From assembly GCF_009914755.1 (NCBI RefSeq), contig NC_060928.1: DNA of 64,000 nucleotides; one strand, written 5' to 3'. The stretch comes from the human T2T-CHM13v2.0 reference genome, Homo sapiens. Made by a program: the position numbers and the translations under genes. This document shows, in pieces, positions 1 through 14,599 of the stretch (the stretch's first letter is position 1; every line of letters starts with the position of its first letter). A model generated the notes under the pieces. It saw only the letters and a list, made by a program, of their open reading frames with translations, searched no databases and was not told the origin of the DNA.

Positions 1-102
1 CTTTCATCGTCTTTCGGAAATAACAATGTCACCTGGAAATGTAAGAATTTTAATATTATGTTTCACATTTCTTCTAGGAAAGTAATTAGTCTTGTTAATT
101 AG

Positions 103-484
<382 letters not shown>

Positions 485-1526
485 TATAACTAAATATTTT
501 AGTTACTTTAAACACAGCTCAAAAGTGGAAACGGCACACCAGAGCTCTAGTTCCAGCACAGCACTGTCTAGACAGGTGATGGACAAGACATTTTTCCTGT
601 CTGGAACGCAATCTGAAAGAATGGGTGGATGGGGGTTGGGTCAGATGGATGATTTCTATTAAGTTTTCCGGGGATTCTGACATGCCCTCTAGGTTCACGT
701 GAGAATCAATGGTCCACATCTGAGGTTTTGGGCCTTTAGATGACCATCGGAAACCCTGGGAAGCATGTTCGTAATATTCTGGGATATCCTCAAAATGTAT
801 ACATCATCATGCCTGGGCATGAGGTTATTCGTGTTTTTAATTTTAAAAGGTAATAAATGGACGTGGTTTTAAAACATATGAGATAAAAAATATCCAAAAT
901 GAAGTATCTGTCTCCCATCCTTAACCTCAGATCTAATCCCCAGAAGCAACCACCACTTACAATTTCTACTGAATTCTTCCATATTCTATGCATTCACAGG
1001 TGAACATACATCACAAGTTACCTGTTTTGTACCCAAATGGCGGCATACCATAGTGTTCCACACTTCCCTTTGAAAATCATCCCCATTGGTACATACGAGT
1101 CGACCTGATGTGTCAGGTATACATATACCCAAATTTACTTAAACAGCTTTCTGCTGACGGGCAAGGCAGATATTTCTAGTAATTCGCTATTACAAGCAAT
1201 CCTGAAGTGAAACACTGCGCACATCATTGTACACTGCGGTACACGCATGTTTCTGGTAAATCCTTAAGACTTAAAACTGGTGGGTATTTTTAATTTTAAT
1301 CGCTATTTCCAAATAGGTGTCAAATCAGCTCTCCAGAGAATTCTGAAGCGCAGCTGAAATGACGATGCACAGCACTCCGCGATTCTAAGGATCTTCCCTG
1401 ACATTAAATATTCGACTTGCAAAGCCGAAACTCAGTCCTTCCAGACTGGGCCAGGGCTGCCGGAGGCCGGCCGTTTTCCGACGCCTCGCCTCTGAGAACC
1501 TCGGGGCGGCTTGGTGCGCGCCTCAC

Positions 1527-1623
1527 CCGGCCCGGCGTCACCCTCGCGGTCCAGCTGGGCCTCGGCGTCCGGCAGGAGGAGGAATCGCCGCCGGAGCTGC
1601 TGCCGGGCCCGCGAGGAGTCCAT
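1527..1623 (-). CDS. TMEM128: TMEM128 coding exon 1 (MDSSRARQQLRRRFLLLPDAEAQLDREGDAGP + 1 nt); rest of gene lies left of the window
   Basis: ATG at 1623-1621, 97 nt to donor CGG|GTGAGG (GT at 1526-1525); peptide recognised as the TMEM128 N-terminus; lies in a CpG island. Confidence 0.95.
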
Positions 1624-1785
1624 CTTGGTACCGCCCCGAAATGCGACGGAAGTGACGTCAGACACAGCGCTTCCGGCGTCCGCTCCGGGTCTGGACCTCC
1701 TGGCGTTTGGATTGGAGACTGTGTTCTCTTCGCTGTTTAGTTAGCGAGCAGCTAGGGTGGAGTCGGCCTCAAAGGTTCCGCTCTC

Positions 1786-1926
1786 ATGTCGGCAAGTGTG
1801 ATTTGAATTTTAAAACACTGAGCTTTGCCGGTGGAAGAGTTCCCAAGTTTATTCCGACCTACGGAAGCCCAGGAGGACCAGGATTACCGCTGCCGCTGGA
1901 TGCGTCCAGGGCCGGGATGCGCGACC
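1786..1926 (+). pseudogene. Candidate decayed gene, exon A (MSASVI*ILKH*ALPVEEFPSLFRPTEAQEDQDYRCRWMRPGPGCAT)
   Basis: ATG 163 bp from the TMEM128 ATG; donor ACC|GTGAGA, phase 0; two in-frame TGA. Confidence 0.35.
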
Positions 1927-2931
1927 GTGAGACGCTGCGCTTCCGAAGCCCTCGCAGGCTTCCGGGTGCCAGAGCAGGAGACATACCCTCTGTCCAGCCT
2001 TCCACTCTCAGCCCCCAGTTTTTTTCCTACTTTTGCTTTTCAGGAGTCGTCCAGCAAGACTTGAAAGGAGGAGAAAGGCCTGCTGGACAGGATGCTAGAG
2101 CCTGGCAGTGACCACTTGGGGGCCCTGGGCATTAAATAAACTTCTTGGGGCCCGTTTCGTTATTACACTTGGCTCTAGATTTGTTGTGCGTTTCAGTGAG
2201 AAGTACCTGTATGTGGTTCATGTGAGCCTCCTCCTCGCCACTTGTGAAAAATCCTCCCAGCCTGAACCGAGGGAACTAAATTGCTTTCCCAGCAAACTGC
2301 GGTTTTCCACACTGCTCACGCCCACAAACTGTGTGTTACGAGTTCACAACTTTTTCTTCGTCAATAATCCCGCGTATTACTCTCCCAGCCGTTTCCCAGC
2401 GTGTCATGTGCTGAGAAATGGTGGGCTTAGCCACGCAAACGTTTACTGAGCATCTACTATTTGGTAGGAGCTGTTAGGCACCATGCTAGCAGTGGAGATA
2501 AAGATGAGTAAGACATGGCCTTGCACGTGAGGAGCTCCTTGTCCAAAGAAAACCACAGAGGTATATTACAAGAAAACTCTATTTGTAAATGTATGAAAGC
2601 ATTTCATCAATGCAGCCAACATTTTCTGAGCAGCTGCATGTGATAAAATGGTGAGGACAGAAGAATCTAGTAGAGGAAGCAGCTTCAATACAGTGCCATA
2701 ATAAAAACACTGTACATGGGGCATAATAGAAACACTGTACATATAAAGGGCAGTTTATTCTGCTGCAGTGTGGGAGAGCAGGGAGAGTGGTTTCAGGTGA
2801 GTTGAATACAGGGGTGGAGAGCCAGCTACATAGGAAGTAAAATTTGAATTAGTAGGCACTGTTTAATATCTTCGATGTGTTGGGGTGTTTGTAAAAGGAA
2901 TGTAATAAGAAATACTCAAGAAAAGAGTGCC

Positions 2932-3233
2932 AGCCGCGCGCGGTGGCTCACGCCTGTAATCCCAACACTTTGCGAGGCCGAGGCGGGCGGATCACAAGGT
3001 CAGGCGTTTGAGACCAGCCTGGCCAACATGGCGAAACCCCGTCTCTACTAAAAATACAAAAGTTAGCCGGGAATGGTGGCCGGCACCTGTAATCCCAGCT
3101 ACTCTGGAGGCTGAGGCAGGACAATCACTTGAACCTGGGAGAAGGAGGCTGCAGTGATCCTGCCACTGCACTCCAGCTTGGGCAACAGAGTGAGATTCCC
3201 TCTCAAAAATAAAAATAAAAAAAATTAAAAAAA
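2932..3233 (+). mobile_element. Alu (S)
   Basis: Dimeric Alu with A-tail. Confidence 0.95.
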
Positions 3234-3388
3234 AGAGAGAAATACCAAATCCCTACTGATTTATCATTTCTTCAGCCTTTCTTCCCCCTTCGGAGCACAG
3301 GATTTAACAGCTGGGTGGATCATATGGCCTTTCTAAACAATACCTCCTTTATCCTGTTTTTTTTTTTCTGTTTTTTTTTTCTTTCAAG

Positions 3389-3606
3389 ACTCCTAAAGAA
3401 CTGGATTCATTTATTCAAAGTCAACTGAAGTCTTTGCCCTCTCTTCTCTCTCGTACGGGGTTAGAAGCCTTGTTAACAGGAAGTGAATTTGTCCCATCAA
3501 ATACAATCTTCTGTTGATTGTCTCCTCGAAAAAGGGTCAGTGCAGGGCCTCCGTGGTAACTGAATACTCCCAAGAGCATCGCCGCTATCCCAGGTTCCCA
3601 TACATG
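3389..3606 (+). pseudogene. Candidate decayed gene, exon B (TPKELDSFIQSQLKSLPSLLSRTGLEALLTGSEFVPSN..., one frameshift needed)
   Basis: Long polypyrimidine tract then CAAG|; 42 open codons in phase 0; strong donor ATG|GTATGT. Confidence 0.5.
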
Positions 3607-3810
3607 GTATGTTCAGGTCAGATCAGGTTTCTCCTTTTGTGGTTTCGGGGCCTTTGAATTTGGATCTGAAATCCTTCCAGAGTTTTTTTCTCTGCAATTT
3701 TAAATGGCACTACTTGCACAGCATATTGATGATACTTAAAAGGAGGTTGGAAAAATTCCAGTATTTAATGACCACATCTTCATTTCTGAGGTCCATTAAA
3801 GAAGCCCTTT

Positions 3811-4130
3811 GGGCAGGTGCAGTGGCTCATGCCTGTAATCCCAGCACTTTGGGAGGCTGAGGCAGGTGGATCACCTCAGCTCAAGAGTTTGAGACCAGCC
3901 TGGCCAACATGGTGAAACCCCGTCTCTACTAAAAATACAAAAAAAAAAAAAAAATTAGCTGGGCATGGTAGCAAGCGCCTATAATCCCAGCTGCCTGGGA
4001 GGCTGAGGCAGGAGAATGGCTTGAACCCAGGAGGTGGAGGTTGCAGTAAGCCAAGACCACCCATTGCACTCCAGCCTGGGCAGCAAGAGTGAAACTCTGT
4101 CTCAAAAAAAAAAGAAAGAAAAGAAAAGAA
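3811..4130 (+). mobile_element. Alu (S)
   Basis: Dimeric Alu; TSD-like aaagaa(g/a)ccctt. Confidence 0.95.
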
Positions 4131-5732
4131 ACCCTTCAATGTGTGTACTGTGGCACCCTAATTATAGATAGATATGTGATACCAGATTTGCTACCAATTA
4201 AGAAATTTTCATTTTCAATGTGGATTACTTGTGGGGAACAAATGAATTTCATTGTGACCTTTACTGGCCCCCCCTTAGCAACATAGTTAAATCCAAGGTG
4301 TGTATAGACTGTCAAATCCTGCCTCCATCACTGTGGGTCTTTGGGCAAGTTATTTTATTGTTCTAAGTATCAGTTTGCTCATCTGTGAAACATCGGGTAT
4401 TGGAGTGAAGATACATGTATACAGATTGTTTAGCTTAGTGCCTGGCATACATAGTTTGCCTCCAAACAGCAGTAGTTACTATTCTTAGTAATTTGGCTTG
4501 CCAGGCCTTCAAGATCCGGCACCTGTTCGCCCCTTGATCAGTGTTCCCTTGTCCCTGGGTTCCAGTGACTCTATTCATGTCTCTCTTCCAAGAATTACCA
4601 AGCTTTATTGTTATTTTCCTTTTGCCCTGTGTTTCCCCCAGTTGATTGGGAGAAACAACCATGTCTTGGTATCCCCCAGTACCTTGCAAACACCGAGCAC
4701 ACGGCAGGAACTCCATTAGCTGTGCTTACTTTGGTCCTTGAGCACAGCTAACTTGTCTTCAATATGGACATACATGTGTCTGCCTACCTCTGAGAAACCA
4801 CTGCTGCTTTCTATAGTGGTCCTGCTCAGATCCCAGAGACTGACCCCGTCCTAGGGGAGGGCACAAGACCCAAAACAGACCTCTCATCCTCCACGTCTTA
4901 GGCTGGGAAGATGTTCACGGTTGCTTTGATATGGTGAGCTCTGAGGTCAGTTTGGGCTTGGGGCTGCTGTTCTGGAAATGGGAGCCCACGTGGGAAGGAA
5001 GCACTGAGAGGCAAGCTAAGAGGTCTTGGTAGCATTGCGCCGCCTCCCAGATCTAGCCAAGCCTTAGTTAATCCTGTTAAGGAACTGAGCTCTGGAGCTA
5101 GCTGCCTGCCTGGCTGTCATTGCCGGTCCTGTCATTACTGACTCTTTGAACCTTGAGAAAGCATCTTATCCACTCTTTGCCTTAGTTTCCTCACTTGCAA
5201 AATGGGGTTAAGAATAATACCCACCTCACAGGATTGGGTAAAGATTAAAAGTATTAATACATGCGAAGTCTTTAGAGCAGCCCATAGAAAACTCTCAGTA
5301 AATCTTAGCTGTTATTATCCATTGCTGAGACTTTACAGATGGTTAAATTTTCCCTTTTTTAAATTAATTTTAATTTCAGTTGTTTTCTGTTACTTGAAAC
5401 TCTGAGGCCAGACCAGTACCACCCTGTTCTCTCACTGTGCTGTGTAGCTGCCCCATTGGTCCCCAGGTATTCTGTGAGCGCCTCCAGGAATGAGAATACA
5501 GGTAAAGCTCTTAGAAAAGTACCTGGCATATGGAAAGTGCTCAGTGAATGTTAATATCTATCATTTAGGATACTGTTCTTCATTCCAAGAAGAAAGCTAG
5601 TTTTAAAAAGTTCTTCCATTGATTGTATAAAAACACAATAAAATGTGTGCCTATTTCTACACAGCTGTGATTATTCCCCTGGTAAAAGCTATAGCATTGG
5701 AATCCCTAGATCAAAAGATACAAACGTTTTAA

Positions 5733-6248
<516 letters not shown>

Positions 6249-6325
6249 ATTTTAAAGACTTTTGATTGATATTTTCAAAGAAGGTCCAGAAAGGACTTAC
6301 CATACTACTGTAGTTTAAATTCCCA

Positions 6326-6339
6326 CCAGCAGAGGGCAG
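6326..6339 (+). promoter_or_regulatory. Candidate CTCF site
   Basis: CCAGCAGAGGGCAG matches CCASYAGRKGGCRS with no mismatch. Confidence 0.5.
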
Positions 6340-6760
6340 GAGAGGCCATCTTCAATGTTTGCACCAACAGCGGGCTTTATCATTTTGATAAATTTTTCCC
6401 AAGTGATAGTTGTTGGCCGGGGCGAACTGCCATTTTAATTTGCTTTTCTTTGCTAACAGATTTTTTTATGTTAATCGACTATGCATATGTCTTTTTTCTT
6501 TTGGAATTTTCATTTTTGCATATTTTGATAGATCAAGGCTGTCTGTCTTTGAACCTCAAATATGTGGCAAGTCTACTTTTTTTCCAATTTGTTTACCTTT
6601 TAAGTTTGATCATATTCAATATACGTTCATACCTATGTTTTGTTTCTTACTTCTCATACCATGTGATGAAGAGAGTTGGAATGGGCTTGCCCTGTAGGGT
6701 CTAAATGGAAAAGCATGTTTCATGGAAAGTGTTCAGTCGATGTTAGTGTCTTTCACTTAG

Positions 6761-6801
6761 GGGACATACTATGTGGTAAAAATCACTTGAATCATCTTCA
6801 A
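6761..6801 (+). pseudogene. Candidate decayed gene, exon C (DILCGKNHLNHLQ)
   Basis: tctttcactTAG| ... CAA|GTGAGC; 41 nt; open; ends phase 0. Confidence 0.45.
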
Positions 6802-6891
6802 GTGAGCCTAGTTATTCCTCACCCATTCATTACTCAAACTAGCTGTACTGTGAGAGGTTCTACCCACGACAGAAACCAACTTTAACCAGCC

Positions 6892-7289
6892 TGTGATGGT
6901 TAATACCGAGTGTCAACTTGATGGGATTGAAGGATGCAAAGCATTGATCCTGGGTGTGTCTGCGAGGGTGTGGCCAAAGGAGATTAACATTTGAGCCAGT
7001 GGGCTGGGAAAGGCAGACCCACCCTCAATCTGGGTGGGCACCATCTAATCAGCTGCCAGCACAGCTAGAATATAAAGCAGGCAGACAAATGTGAAAAGGC
7101 TAGACTGGCTTAGCATCCCAGCCTACATCTTTCCCCTGTGCAGGATGCTTCCTGCCCTTGAACATCGGACTCCAATTCTTTAGTTTTGGGACTCGGACTG
7201 GCTCTCCTTGCTCCTCAGCCTGCAGATGGCCTATTGTGTAACGTTGTGATCGTCTGAATTAATAATAAACTCTCCTTTATTTGTATATA

Positions 7290-7337
<48 letters not shown>

Positions 7338-7370
7338 GTTAGTTCTGTCCCTCTAGAGAACTCTAATACA
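6892..7370 (+). mobile_element. Solo LTR, MLT2A-type (HERV-L), with internal (TA)n
   Basis: TGTGATGGTTAATA...CTAATACA termini; 5-bp TSD CAGCC (6887-6891, 7371-7375). Confidence 0.9.
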
Positions 7371-7413
7371 CAGCCTAAGCAAAATAGTAACAGTAATGAC
7401 AACAGTAATAATG

Positions 7414-7531
7414 GGCTGTGCACAGTGGCTCACACCTGTAATACCAACACTTCAGGAGGCTGAGGCGGGAGGATCGCTTGAGCCCAGGAGTTGGACACCA
7501 GCCTGGGCAATATAATAAGACCTTGTCTCTA
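7414..7531 (+). mobile_element. FLAM / Alu left monomer
   Basis: Single left-monomer match followed by (AAT)n. Confidence 0.85.
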
Positions 7532-7637
7532 TCTATAATAATAATAATAATGACAGTAATAATCATTATCATCATAAAATACACGTACAGTTTTTTAGAA
7601 AGAAACCTATTAGAATTCCTCTGAACTGTTTCATAAG

Positions 7638-7936
7638 ATTGAAAGAAAAATAGGATTTCCATCAAGCCTGAGTGAGCGTGAAGCCCAGGAAGCTCATGAT
7701 GCAGCTTTGAGGACACTGTGCGTCTGTCACATATGGTGTGCCCGCCGTCATCCCTGTGGAACTCACCACTTCAGTGCCTGCCAGCCCTACTTCTGACTCT
7801 CAGCACCTGCGCCGCTTTGCCTGGGGTTTTCTCTGGATGCATTCTATTTAAGCAGCGAGATGGAGGGGTTTCTCACAGAAGCGAAGTCAACGTGAGCACA
7901 ACAGCTGTCTGCTGCACTGGCAGAAAAGGGCCGCGA
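7638..7936 (+). pseudogene. Candidate decayed gene, exon D (IERKIGFPSSLSEREAQE...SSEMEGFLTEAKST*AQQLSAALAEKGR)
   Basis: Acceptor tttcatAAG|; 52 open codons from phase 0; donors GTGAGC at 7892 or 7937, both phase 2. Confidence 0.45.
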
Positions 7937-8678
7937 GTGAGCCTCTAAGGACAGACAGTGTGTTGTTTTCTGAAATAGGATGTTGGGGAGAAGAACAGAG
8001 AATAGAGATGCTGGTCTCAACCAAAATATCAGGAACAGGGAAAAGGACAGTTCCTATAACCAGAAAGAAGAGGGGAGAGGTAGGAGGGAGCTGGCCTTGA
8101 TTGAGAGGCCAGGTGGGCAGGACCCTTGACTATGTAAGTGTCCCCAAGCACTCCTGAAATTTCTGGCTGTGCGGCAACATTTGGGTTCCAGTTCTGTGGG
8201 AGGACAATTTCTTTTATTAAATTGCTGCCATTCAGGTTGAGGGCCACTACCAGGCTGGCAAACCTAGAGGACAATGGAGGCGGGTCCTGGCCGACTGCCC
8301 TTCCCAGGCGAACCCTGCAGCCTTGTCAGTCTTGTCACTGGCTGATTGTTCGGTGCCTGGAACTTGGTCTGTTACTGCTTTGCAGATGATCAAATAAAGC
8401 AGACTCATTTTTTTCTCTTTCAAAAAAAACCCTATATATTTGAATGATGGCCGTGCCTGATATTACCATCCATAAAACCATGATAAAGGCTTTCTGATCA
8501 CATGGCCCATCACGGAACCCGCTTAGAAAACCCTGTTGTTTTTAATTAAAACCCTACTTGCAAGATCTTTTTAATAGTGATCTAATCAGTACTGAGAAAG
8601 GGAAGGGGGAAACAAGAAGGGGGTCCTGACCAATGGAAAATGCTGGCCAGGAGAATACAAAGAAATCAAGGAGACACC

Positions 8679-9119
8679 TGTTGTGCCAAAACCCTATTGA
8701 CTCCAATGTAGATACCGCCAGGTTCAACAAGCTAAAGAAGAGACCCAGAGCCAGAGCAAACGAGACATGGAGTGTTACATACAAGAGAGAGTCTGCTGGT
8801 GCAGGGCTGGCCTGGATAACTGCACCTGCTTTCGAAAGGCATGCAGCTTATATAGCATCTTCTTTTGACACCCACCCCTAACAACCTCCACGCTATCCCT
8901 AGCAACCTTCATGCAACCCAAAACTCAGGGCTTCAATATCCCCTGTACAGCTCGTGTTTCATAGGACAGGACAGGACAGGGGCTCAGATGACAAGGAAAG
9001 AATCTCTGGTTGGCCAGTCCCGGATTCCCTAATCTGGAACACACATTCAGGTGCATCTGCCATAAAGGTCATTCCCAGGGTCTGCTTAAGTTATTGCTAT
9101 CAGATGCATTTACCATACA
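8679..9119 (-). mobile_element. Solo ERV LTR (LTR47-like)
   Basis: TG...CA termini; near-perfect TSD ACACC/GCACC; family from recollection of the consensus. Confidence 0.65.
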
Positions 9120-9843
9120 GCACCTGAGTTCAAATCAGTCCTGATTCTGCTACTTACCATGTGGCCTGGGACAAGTCACGTAAGCTCTCGGCACCTGCTC
9201 ATCTATGAAGGGGGAGCAATAACGCCTCCCTCCTAGAGATTTTGAAAAGCTTAATGATACATGTAAAGGGCTTATTACTATGCCTGGCATATAGGAAGTA
9301 CCCATGAAAGGGAACAATTCATATTAAAGTGGAATCCAGGCAGTGGGGAAAGGCTGCCCACGAAGGCCTCATGGTCACTCCCAGGGGAGCAGCAGCAGGT
9401 CATTGCAACGCGGCCTTGAAGGGGTGAGGCTGGTGGCCATGCCAGGAGAAAGAGGGCAGGAAGCAGTGGAAGAAAGGATGACTGTGGTGCAAACTGGCCA
9501 TCATTTACCATGCCCCTCACGTGTTAACTACGCCATCCTCACAGCAGCTGGATGAGGCAGTTACTGTTATAATTCCTATTTCATACATGAGAAAATGGAG
9601 GCACCAGTCTTTTTTGTTATGAGATTCAAAGGAGCTTCTTTCAAGTATTCCTTTGCTATGAATGATTAAACTCTCCGTTTGGTAGTTTAATTACAATTAC
9701 TGAGAAAATACCTACTTTGTCGGAGTTCAAAAGTCAGCCATCCCTCAGGTCTTTGCTCCGTAGGCTCAAAGCTAGGAAAGTGGGGGAGCTAGGATACTAA
9801 CCCAAGCTTTCGGCTGCCAGGCTAAACTGCGTCTCATGACTCA

Positions 9844-10179
<336 letters not shown>

Positions 10180-11119
10180 TCAGTGTCAGCTTCCAACCCA
10201 AGCTGGGGTCCGAGGGGAGTAGGTGGACTGGTGGCGGGTAGCTGAAAGAACACTGGAGGGATCTTATACAGGTGGGATATGGCTTTATTCTCTGTGTCAG
10301 CCTTTGTCTTGGCTGCCTGCTCAGCAGCCCCACTCAGTGCCAGCTCCACAGTCTGCAGCTGCACTCCCCAGTGTGCTCACCATTTCCTGGCTCCACCCAC
10401 CCACCCCCACCTGCAAGGCAGCCAACTCCATTATGCATGCCTTCTCACAGTGTTCGTGATACATTTGTGCGCTTCACAGACAATAGCGGCTCAGAGCCAG
10501 GGGATGAGCCCACCCATAACATGGTTACATAACTGATTATATGCTGCACGGGATTGTGCACCTGCACTCCAATCCCACTGCGTCATGCTGCACTGGATAT
10601 TTACCTCGGCCCACTCTTGATGGCAGCGCAGCCATTTCCTTTTCCCTTCCCTGGGGCCATTCTTGCTGAATGCTGGCTCCATGGTGCTGGCCATCTCCAT
10701 AGATGAGAAGCCAGGAGGGAAGATGTGGCAACCTGGGTGCCCCTTTCCACCCAGACCCGTGGCAGATGTTGCTGATCAAATGCAGCATTTATTTCCCTTT
10801 GACAGCCAGGTGGAAGCCTCAAAATCCTGAAGAGCACCGGAAAATCACTGCCAGTTGACTAGAGTTAGTTGTAGTGTCAGATAGAATCTATTTGCCATCC
10901 CTTGCTTGAGGGCTTAGGACATGCCCAATAATAGTACAGAAATTCAATAAGGTATTCGCCAACTGAGGGTCACTTTTATGCCAGTAAGAATCTGCATGTC
11001 ATCCCCTTGAGAGACTCCACACCTCCTCATCAAGAAGTAGTGAAAATGACATCCGGGTGTGATTTCTCACAAAAGAGAAAGGAACGAAAGAAATTTTTTT
11101 TAATGTAAAAAGGAAAATC

Positions 11120-11674
11120 ATACCATTTGACCCAGCAATCCCATTACTGGGTATATACTCAGGAATATAAATCATTGTATTATAAAGATACATGCACACA
11201 TATGTTCATTGCAGCATTATTCAAAATAGCAAAGACTTGGAACCAACCCAAATGCCCATCAATGATAGACTGGAAAAAGAAAATGTGGTACATATACACC
11301 ATGGAATACTATGCAGCCATCAAAAGGAACAAGAGAATATCCTCTGCAGGGACATGGATGAAGCTGAAAGCCATTATCCTCAGCAAACTAATGCAGAAAC
11401 AGAAAACCAAACACCACATGTTCTCACTTACAAGTGGAAGCCGAACAATGAGAACACACGGACACAGAGAGGGGAACAACACACACTGGGGCCTACTGGA
11501 GGGCAGCGGTGGGGTTGGGGAGAACATTAGGGAAAGGAGCTAATGCATGCTGGGCTTCATACTTAGGTGATGGGATGATCTGTGCAGCAAACCACATGGC
11601 ACATGTTTACCTATGCAACAAACGTACACATCCTGCACATGTACCCCAGAACGTATAAAAATAATTAAAAAAAA
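11120..11674 (+). mobile_element. 5'-truncated L1PA 3' end (ORF2 C-terminus, 3'UTR, polyA)
   Basis: TCTHMFIAALFKIAKTWNQPKCPSMIDW ORF2 motif; TSD-like aaaag(g)aaaatca. Confidence 0.92.
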
Positions 11675-11691
11675 GAAAATCACAAACGTCA

Positions 11692-12079
<388 letters not shown>

Positions 12080-12216
12080 ATAGACAAAGGAGAGAAACTG
12101 TCAGCCTTTCAAGACTGGCAACCGTGAGCAGAATGCCCAGCTGTGAGGGAAAGGACAACCATATTAGAATCCCAGCCTGGGTGCTGTGATGCGGCAAGAA
12201 GCAGACCTGACATTCA

Positions 12217-12583
<367 letters not shown>

Positions 12584-13387
12584 TACAGTAGCTGCCATCA
12601 TTACAATTGTCTTGAAGTTACTGCCTATCCCTATAGACCCACAACTCTCAAACTCATTCACACAGTAGAGTGCCAGGCACACTTTTGTAGAACATCATGA
12701 AATCTGGATAAATTAAGCAAAAAATAGCCAAGTGCTATAAATGTTTATGCCAGCTCTCCTAGCATCTAAATTAGAATCTCATGGCCACAGATGCCAAAAG
12801 GCTTAAGAGGTGTTACGCAGGGACACTAAAACTGAGAAATTCTATGACCTTAACTTTTTTCTGAAACCTGCAAGAGAGACTACCGTTTCAAGTTCAGCTG
12901 TATAATACCTCCCTGTTCAGTATAAAATCAGTCTGAGCGGGGCTATCCTATGACATTACTACTATAGTATCCTGATTCAAATTTGCTGCCAAATCCCCAA
13001 AGCCATGCTGTTAGCAACTGCTCAGTGGAACCGAATCTTTCCCTACCTTTGATCTACAATGGACAGAAGTCGGCCTGAGGTCACCGGGAAGGGAGGAGGG
13101 CAGCAAAGGTGGTATTTCAACAGCTCACAATACCCGCTCTGTGGCCAAACAAAGGCCTGACCTCCTGAGCGATGTGTGACCTTTAAACTCTGACAAACAT
13201 ATGTATTTACTCAGCAATTACAATTTAAACTACCCAAGGGGCAGTTTAATCACTTGTATCAGAGGGAATAAATTAAAGCTTCCCTAGATCCCATAACAGC
13301 AACAAGAAATGAAAGTAGCATTTGCACTCAAAAGAAAACAAAGAAACTTCTCTTTTCACCAGTACATACCATTTTTCTTTTTCTCAG

Positions 13388-13470
13388 AAATCGTCTGTGT
13401 TGTAATCGAGACAGACAGTGAGAAGCAGGGTCCAACCCCAAATTACAGAAGCTGTTAAATCTAATGATAA
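13388..13470 (+). pseudogene. Candidate decayed gene, exon E (NRLCCNRDRQ*EAGSNPKLQKLLNLMI)
   Basis: Strong acceptor tttttctttttctCAG|; donor TAA|GTGAGC; phase 2 to 1. Confidence 0.4.
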
Positions 13471-13981
13471 GTGAGCCGAGAGCAAGATCTCAAGTTTCTT
13501 AAATATGAAAAGGACAGGGGAAGGCAGATGCTATTCTTTAAGCTGGAAGAAATTACTGTTCCGTTTTATTTTTAACATCATCCAAGACTGAAATCCGCTG
13601 GGAAAATGGAGTCACCATTTTCCACAGTTTTATCATCCAGTGGTACCCGGTGACTTTGGTTGACAGCATCCAATAAGAGAGCTATTTTGAAAAGATAAAC
13701 ACAGAGATGGAAATGGGAGTAATACTAAATTTCGGTGCATTTTTTGGCAAAATAAATGCATATACCCTCAAATACTGAGGGTGGCAGTATAAACTGCTAA
13801 AAAGCCCTCTCAAAACTGGCTACATCTGTTAAAGCTGAAATATACCCTATGACTTAGTACTGCCACCTGTGGGCATATACTCAGTAGCAATGAGAAAGTG
13901 TATGTACACACTAGGAGATGAGGAGAAGATGTCATCGATTTCATGAGAAACCTAGCCACCCTGAAACAGCTGAACATTTTA

Positions 13982-14599
<618 letters not shown>

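Larger units (their letters stand above)
1370..2000. promoter_or_regulatory. CpG-island promoter of TMEM128 with an overlapping ETS-CRE element
   Basis: High GC/CpG; CGGAAGTGACGTCA at 1647-1660; second ETS core CTTCCGG at 1670-1676. Confidence 0.85.

Noticed and set aside
1034-1044. YY1-like CAAATGGCGGC in TMEM128 intron 1
   Set aside because: Single short motif in what looks like old L1-derived sequence, with no supporting context.
1432-1665. N-terminal extension MSDVTSVAFRGGTK and C-terminal read-through on the TMEM128 ORF
   Set aside because: Starts at a non-ATG codon in the promoter/leader and runs past the splice donor at 1526.
11127-11543. 138-aa ORF
   Set aside because: Decayed L1 ORF2 C-terminus in a truncated copy.
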